Source: Nostoc sp.
GTDB taxonomy: Bacteria; Cyanobacteriota; Cyanobacteriia; Cyanobacteriales; Nostocaceae
DNA: 64,000 nucleotides
Direction: 5' to 3'
NCBI GenBank assembly: GCA_036918135.1
Contig: JBALDB010000046.1
Coordinates: 1-64,000 of the forward strand
Shown in pieces: positions 58,288 through 64,000 of the stretch. A model generated the notes under the pieces. The model was not told the DNA's origin. It saw only the letters and a program-made list of their open reading frames with translations, and did no database searches. How positions within the stretch are numbered: position 1 is the first letter of the stretch; each line of letters opens with the position of its first letter. The position numbers and the translations under genes are program-made.

Positions 58288-60993
58288 GTGGCTGTTGCAG
58301 TTGAAAAATTAATAACACCGGAAATTTTCAAACCAGCGCGTTACTTGGGTAACGAGCGCTTAGCAATACACAAACCTTGGGATACAACAACAATACGCTG
58401 GGTTTTAACCTATCCAGAAGTATACGAAGTCGGGGCATCCAATTTAGGGCATATCATTCTATATAACATTTTGAATGCCCAACCCCGTCAATTGTGCGAT
58501 CGCGCCTATTTACCAGGACAAGATCTCTGTGCCAAACTACGCCAAACGAATACACCGTTATTTGCGGTAGAGTCAAAGCGATCGCTCACAGAATTCGATA
58601 TTTTAGGTTTTAGCCTCAGTTACGAATTGGGTGCAACTAATATCCTAGAAATGTTGGATTTAGCAGGAATTCCCCTGACATGGCAAGAGAGGCAAGGAAC
58701 CACAACAGCACAGGGGTATCAAGACAGGGGAGAGTTGAGCAATACCCAGCGCTCATTTCCTCTGATTTTTGCAGGGGGACAGACAGCAACATCAAATCCT
58801 GAGCCTTACGCCGACTTCTTCGACTTTTTCGCCCTTGGAGATGGAGAAGAATTACTGCCAGAAATTGGTTTGGTATTGGAAGAAGGCAAACAAGCTCTTT
58901 TGAGTCGGGAAGATTTGTTACTAGAGTTGGCACAAATACCAGGTGTATATGTCCCCCAGTTTTACGACATGGCAGATGATGGCTCAGTTTATCCTGCGCG
59001 GCCAGGGGTGCCAAAACGTATTGTGCGAAGAGTTGCAACTCCTATTCCAGCATATTCCATTGGGCTAGTTCCCTACGTAGAAACAGTACACGACCGCTTG
59101 ACCATTGAAATTCGGCGTGGTTGCACTCGTGGCTGTCGCTTCTGTCAACCAGGAATGTTGACTCGACCAGCACGGGATGTAGAACCGGATAAAGTGGTAG
59201 AAGCAATTGAACAAGGTATGAGGGCAACTGGTTACAATGAGTTTTCTTTACTGTCTCTAAGTTGTTCTGATTATTTATCCCTACCAGCGGTGGGGATGGA
59301 AATTAAAAATCGTTTAAAAAATGAAAACATTTCTTTAAGTTTACCCAGTCAACGGGTAGACAAATTTGATGAAAATATTGCTAATATCCTTGGAGGTACG
59401 CGCCAAGGTGGACTAACGTTTGCTCCAGAGGCTGGAACTCAGCGGATGCGAGATATCGTGAATAAGGGTTTGACAAATGAAGAACTATTGCAGGGGGTGA
59501 AAACAGCTTGGGAGCAAGGCTGGAATAAAATTAAGCTATATTTTATGATTGGCTTGCCTGGTGAGACAGATGCTGATGTCTTAGGTATTGCCGAAACAGT
59601 AAGTTGGCTACAGCGCGAGTGTCGAGGCAAAGGCAGAAAACCTCTAAACTTTAATTTGACAATTTCTAACTTTACTCCCAAGCCCCATACGCCATTTCAA
59701 TGGCACTCAGTTTCTAGCACTGAATTTGGGCGCAAACAAAACCTGCTGCGGCAAGAATTCCGTCGGCTCAAGGGAGTGAAGGTAAATTTTACCGATGTGC
59801 GAATTTCAGCAATGGAGGATTTTGTTGGACGAGGCGATCGCAGTTTGGGCAAGGTAGTACGCCGCGCTTGGGAGTTGGGTGCAGGTATGGATTCATGGTA
59901 TGAGAATTTAGACCGAGCTTTTGCTGCTTGGGGAGATGCGATCGCCCAAGCTGGTCTAGATTGGAAATACCGCCAAATCGAAAATGGCGAATGGAATTTG
60001 TTTCAGGCACAGCCGCCCAAGAGCACAGAAGTACACAAGCATAGTGGAGAATACCTAACTCAAGACTGGGCAGTGAGCACTCCCCACTCCCTCGATACTC
60101 CCCTACCTTGGGATCATATTGATACAGGGATTGATAAAAAGTGGCTCAAAGAAGATTTGGAACGCGCCTTAAAAGCGGCAATTGTACCCGATTGTTCTTT
60201 TGAAGGTTGTTCTCACTGTGGCGTTTGTGGCACTGATTTTGGGCACAATATCGTCATTGAACCACCTGCCGTACCAAAATTCGCCGGCGATTTTGTGCCC
60301 GATACTGCTAAGACACAACGAATACGAGTATGGTTTGGCAAGCAAGGAAACATGGCTTTGGTGAGCCATTTAGATTTAATCCGTCTGTTTGACCGAGTTG
60401 TGCGGCGAGCAGGCTTGCCAATTGCTTTCACTGGTGGTTTTCATCCAATGCCACGAATTTCTGTAGCTACTGCTTTGGCTTTAGGAGCTACTAGCAGTGG
60501 TGAAATTGCGGATTTTGAGTTAACAATGCCCGTAGCAGTTGATACTTTTAAAGAGCAACTAATTCGAGAAATGCCCACAGACATACCTATATATCATGTG
60601 GCGCAGACCGATTTAAAAGCTAAAGCAGCTAGCCAATTATTGGTAGCCGCAGAATATTTAATCACTGTAGCAGCATTTGAGGAAGCATTGTCTAGACAAT
60701 GGCAAAACTGGATTGATACTATTAAAGCCAAAGATGAATTCTGGTACGAACAAACAACTAAGTCAGGCAAGAGCCAGTTAATAAATCTGCGCGATCGCTT
60801 GTTTGAAATGGAATTGCAACAAACCTACAATGGCACAGCAGAATCTACATCTGTTATTCGTTATCTAGGTAGCTATCGTCAAGATGGTTGGCTGTTACGT
60901 CCCGAACAAATCATATTTATGTTAGAGGCAGTAGCTAATGTAGAATTTCAACTTCGACACATCCACCGCAATCGGTTAGTTTTAGGAGTATAA
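58288..60993 (+). CDS. TIGR03960-type radical SAM protein fused to a TIGR03936-type linked domain
   Basis: KPARYLGNE, YPEVYEVG.SNLG, RGCTRGCRFC, FAPEAGTQRMR; C-terminal SHLDL.R...GGFHP.PR. Confidence 0.9.
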   Translation: MAVAVEKLITPEIFKPARYLGNERLAIHKPWDTTTIRWVLTYPEVYEVGASNLGHIILYNILNAQPRQLCDRAYLPGQDLCAKLRQTNTPLFAVESKRSLTEFDILGFSLSYELGATNILEMLDLAGIPLTWQERQGTTTAQGYQDRGELSNTQRSFPLIFAGGQTATSNPEPYADFFDFFALGDGEELLPEIGLVLEEGKQALLSREDLLLELAQIPGVYVPQFYDMADDGSVYPARPGVPKRIVRRVATPIPAYSIGLVPYVETVHDRLTIEIRRGCTRGCRFCQPGMLTRPARDVEPDKVVEAIEQGMRATGYNEFSLLSLSCSDYLSLPAVGMEIKNRLKNENISLSLPSQRVDKFDENIANILGGTRQGGLTFAPEAGTQRMRDIVNKGLTNEELLQGVKTAWEQGWNKIKLYFMIGLPGETDADVLGIAETVSWLQRECRGKGRKPLNFNLTISNFTPKPHTPFQWHSVSSTEFGRKQNLLRQEFRRLKGVKVNFTDVRISAMEDFVGRGDRSLGKVVRRAWELGAGMDSWYENLDRAFAAWGDAIAQAGLDWKYRQIENGEWNLFQAQPPKSTEVHKHSGEYLTQDWAVSTPHSLDTPLPWDHIDTGIDKKWLKEDLERALKAAIVPDCSFEGCSHCGVCGTDFGHNIVIEPPAVPKFAGDFVPDTAKTQRIRVWFGKQGNMALVSHLDLIRLFDRVVRRAGLPIAFTGGFHPMPRISVATALALGATSSGEIADFELTMPVAVDTFKEQLIREMPTDIPIYHVAQTDLKAKAASQLLVAAEYLITVAAFEEALSRQWQNWIDTIKAKDEFWYEQTTKSGKSQLINLRDRLFEMELQQTYNGTAESTSVIRYLGSYRQDGWLLRPEQIIFMLEAVANVEFQLRHIHRNRLVLGV

Positions 60994-62290
60994 TCCCTGT
61001 ATGACAACTTGCTAGTAGTTGTCATAACATCGCAAATCATCGGAATTGATTTTTAGCAAGGTTGCGTTAGAATGAGGTGAAGAGAAATTTTCTGGCGCTG
61101 CATAGAATTAGCTGGTTCACTACCCTCGCATTCAGGGGGCGAAAGCAAAGATATTAGAGTGCAACTTCTAGGATTGTATCCCAGACAAACTGAGGCAGAT
61201 TAAAGAACACACTCTCTCTATAGCTACCTTGTGAATCAGTAATGAACAGCAGGCTCGGTTAGGTTCTCTAACTCCATGCTTTTTAAACAACTGCTGAATA
61301 TCTAATCCACAGTAGTGTCCAAGAGCTAGTGTGTTACTCTTGTAGAGTTTTACTCCTTTGGAGAACTCACTATAGAAACCAACTGCCGTCAGCTATGCCG
61401 ACCTCTAGACGCCCACAGACGCGCAAAATCAAAGCGTAGCTTGCCGTAGGCTAGGGCAACTTCAGACAAAGTAGCAACTGATGTTGCTAAATATAACCCT
61501 AAGGATAAATCTGGGGAATGGAAAATAGAAGTGGTTTCTTTTTGTTAACGACTTGACTAAGTTACTCTAAAATTAAGCATCCTGAGTTAAAAGCTGGCTC
61601 AGGATTTAGTATTTTCAACTTAGAACTTTCTTTGTTGAGGTATTGCATCACAAATCAATCACCAATGGTTGATTTAATTGCTTAAACAATATGAATATGT
61701 AGCCGTTCTGGAATCATCAAACGTGTGAATGCTCTTAAGAGTGCCAATAGCTTTTTATCTTAGAAGCTCAGGTTAACCTATATTTTCAATTTTAGATTTG
61801 AGATTTTGGATTTTTTTATGGTTCATGCCTCATCCATTGTGGGTCGAACAAATCTCAAATCATCAATCTAAAGTCTTTAAGCCTCTTACCCTCGTGGTCT
61901 GTTTCAATTCAAAATCGCAAATCTAAAATCTAAAATTGGTTGACGATTGTTATTAGTAGTAGCGTCTTTTTAAGGTAACAGGAGAAAAAGGTATAATATC
62001 AAACTGGCTTAATATTGAGAATGAAAACTGACGCAAACACGAGGCAGGTATTAACGGCGGATTTTCCGACTTGTACTCCTTGAGAGAATCCGAAGGGTAG
62101 CGACTACCATGCAAAGAGAAGTTTGAGCTAGGGCTATAGAACGGGTTTTGCTTTGGAAGTAACGACGATAGTTGTACCATCGCGTCAAAGAATATGGGAA
62201 TGTAAAAAGTTTTCATTTATTAAGTAATTAACCGGATTTGAGATACAAACCTCCAAACCTGTTAGTGCTGCCAATTTTTGAGGAAATTGA

Positions 62291-64000
62291 ATGCCAAAAC
62301 AAATTATTATCGCGGAGCAGCACCAAATTGCTGCGGTTTTTTCTGAAGATCAGATACAGGAACTGGTTGTTGCTACAGGTCATCATCAAATAGGTGATAT
62401 CTATTTAGGAGTAGTAGAAAATGTATTACCTGGGATAGATGCGGCTTTTGTCAATATTGGAGACCCAGAGCGCAACGGATTTATTCATGTCACTGATTTG
62501 GGTCCGTTAAAGTTAAAGCGTACCGCAGCGGCAATCACAGAATTATTAGCACCACAACAGAAAGTGTTGGTGCAAGTGATGAAAGAACCAACGGGGACAA
62601 AAGGACCGAGGCTTACGGGTAATATTACTTTACCCGGACGCTATGTCGTACTAATGCCCTACGGTAGAGGCGTAAATTTATCCCGACGAATTAAAAGTGA
62701 AAGCGAGCGCAACCGCTTGCGGGCACTAGCCATTTTGATCAAACCGGCGGGAATGGGTTTGCTTGTACGTACAGAAGCAGAAGGCAAACCAGAAGAAGCA
62801 ATAATGGAAGATTTAGAGGTGCTACAAAAGCAATGGGAAGCAATCCAGCAAGAAGCCCATTCCACTCGCGCCCCAGCATTGCTCAACCGGGACGATGACT
62901 TTATTCAGCGCGTATTGCGAGATATGTACGGCGCGGATGTAAATCGGATTGTTGTGGATTCCAGTACTGGTTTGAAGCGAGTTAAACAGTACTTGCAGAA
63001 TTGGAGTGGAGGTCAAACACCTCAAGGATTGTTAATTGACCATCATCGCGATCGCTCGCCAATTTTAGAGTATTTCCGGATCAATGCCGCTATTCGAGAA
63101 GCCCTAAAACCAAGAGTAGACCTACCTTCTGGAGGATACATTATCATTCAGCCAACTGAGGCATTAACAGTAATTGATGTTAACTCAGGTTCGTTCACGC
63201 GATCGGCAACAGCTAGAGAAACAGTGTTGTGGACAAACTGTGAAGCTGCAACAGAAATTGCTCGTCAGTTACGTCTGCGAAATATCGCTGGAGTGATTGT
63301 GGTTGATTTTATTGATATGGAATCGCGACGCGATCAACTGCAAGTCCTCGAACACTTTAATAAAGCGCTCAAAGCAGACAAAGCTCGTCCCCAGATTGCT
63401 CAACTAACTGAACTGGGTTTAGTAGAACTGACTCGCAAGCGTCAGGGTCAAAATATTTACGAATTGTTTGGTGAAACTTGTCCCACCTGTGGTGGTCTAG
63501 GACATACTGTGCGTCTACCTGGAGAAATCGAAAACCGATTGCCCACACCAACAGAAATACCAGAACGCGAGCGTTTTGTATCTCCTTTACCTCATAGAGA
63601 ACCACGTCAGCCATCGGCGCGCATCCCAGAACCACGAGAAACCTATGATGGATTTGGGGAATCATTCGATGCCGACTCGGAATTGAGTAATCTCAATCTG
63701 ATCAATCATCCTAGTTATCAAGAACTTAATGATAATAAACGTCGTACCCGCACTCGCCGCAGTCGGATTGGTAGTATCAATGGATTAAACGGGAAAGATG
63801 AAGCCCGGACTAGTACTAATCCACTGGCTTTTAGCAATGAGCCAGACTTAGACCTTGATGTTGAACCAGAACTAGGAGTAACACCAGAGATTCCTTCGCC
63901 GACCCTTGGTAAATCAGGTTGGAGTGAAAGAATAGAGCGCACTAAAATTACTAAGGCAGATCCAGTCAAACCAGTGGTAGAACCACCGGAAATTAGAACT
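62291..64000 (+). CDS. rne: Ribonuclease E (runs off the window end; absent from the ORF track)
   Basis: ATG at 62291 after a GAGG RBS: MPKQIIIAEQHQIAAV...GDIYLG.V..VLPGIDAAFV...QVMKEPTGTKGPRL...IDVNSG...GVIVVDFIDM...GLVELTRKR...CPTCGG.G. Confidence 0.97.
   Translation, partial: MPKQIIIAEQHQIAAVFSEDQIQELVVATGHHQIGDIYLGVVENVLPGIDAAFVNIGDPERNGFIHVTDLGPLKLKRTAAAITELLAPQQKVLVQVMKEPTGTKGPRLTGNITLPGRYVVLMPYGRGVNLSRRIKSESERNRLRALAILIKPAGMGLLVRTEAEGKPEEAIMEDLEVLQKQWEAIQQEAHSTRAPALLNRDDDFIQRVLRDMYGADVNRIVVDSSTGLKRVKQYLQNWSGGQTPQGLLIDHHRDRSPILEYFRINAAIREALKPRVDLPSGGYIIIQPTEALTVIDVNSGSFTRSATARETVLWTNCEAATEIARQLRLRNIAGVIVVDFIDMESRRDQLQVLEHFNKALKADKARPQIAQLTELGLVELTRKRQGQNIYELFGETCPTCGGLGHTVRLPGEIENRLPTPTEIPERERFVSPLPHREPRQPSARIPEPRETYDGFGESFDADSELSNLNLINHPSYQELNDNKRRTRTRRSRIGSINGLNGKDEARTSTNPLAFSNEPDLDLDVEPELGVTPEIPSPTLGKSGWSERIERTKITKADPVKPVVEPPEIRT

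Noticed and set aside
61953..63969. Minus-strand ORFs over rne and its leader
   Set aside because: They are antisense shadows of a clear RNase E frame and its upstream region.

Overview
This is chromosomal DNA from a heterocyst-forming cyanobacterium (Nostocales, Nostoc-like). The evidence is frequent HIP1 octamers (GCGATCGC), photosynthesis and NDH genes (psaE, psb28, ndhO), nrrA with a canonical NtcA promoter, and an NsiR1-like sRNA with a DIF1 promoter. Most of the window is housekeeping genes: glyQ, comEC, rlmN, cobM, lgt, coaD, cdv3, plsC, tadA, grxC, glpX, hemA, natA/natC, pgi, mutM, mraY, grxD-bolA, tldD/E, cysS, dtd, moaB, clpS and rne (truncated by the window end). The main accessory block, about 23-32 kb, holds a 21-bp tandem repeat array, a RelE-like toxin-antitoxin pair behind a SigJ-type box, and a lipoprotein plus 20-aa-repeat protein pair. 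It also holds a tightly packed three-gene minus-strand operon (putative winged-helix protein, P-loop ATPase, DUF1802/Mrr-type PD-(D/E)XK nuclease). This operon is my best candidate for an undescribed, methylase-free anti-phage system. At small scale there are tiny elements inserted in-frame into split HIP1 sites of three genes, MITEs, three gene fragments and an orphan duplicate gene 3' end. All calls come from reading the sequence and recalling protein families; no searches were run.
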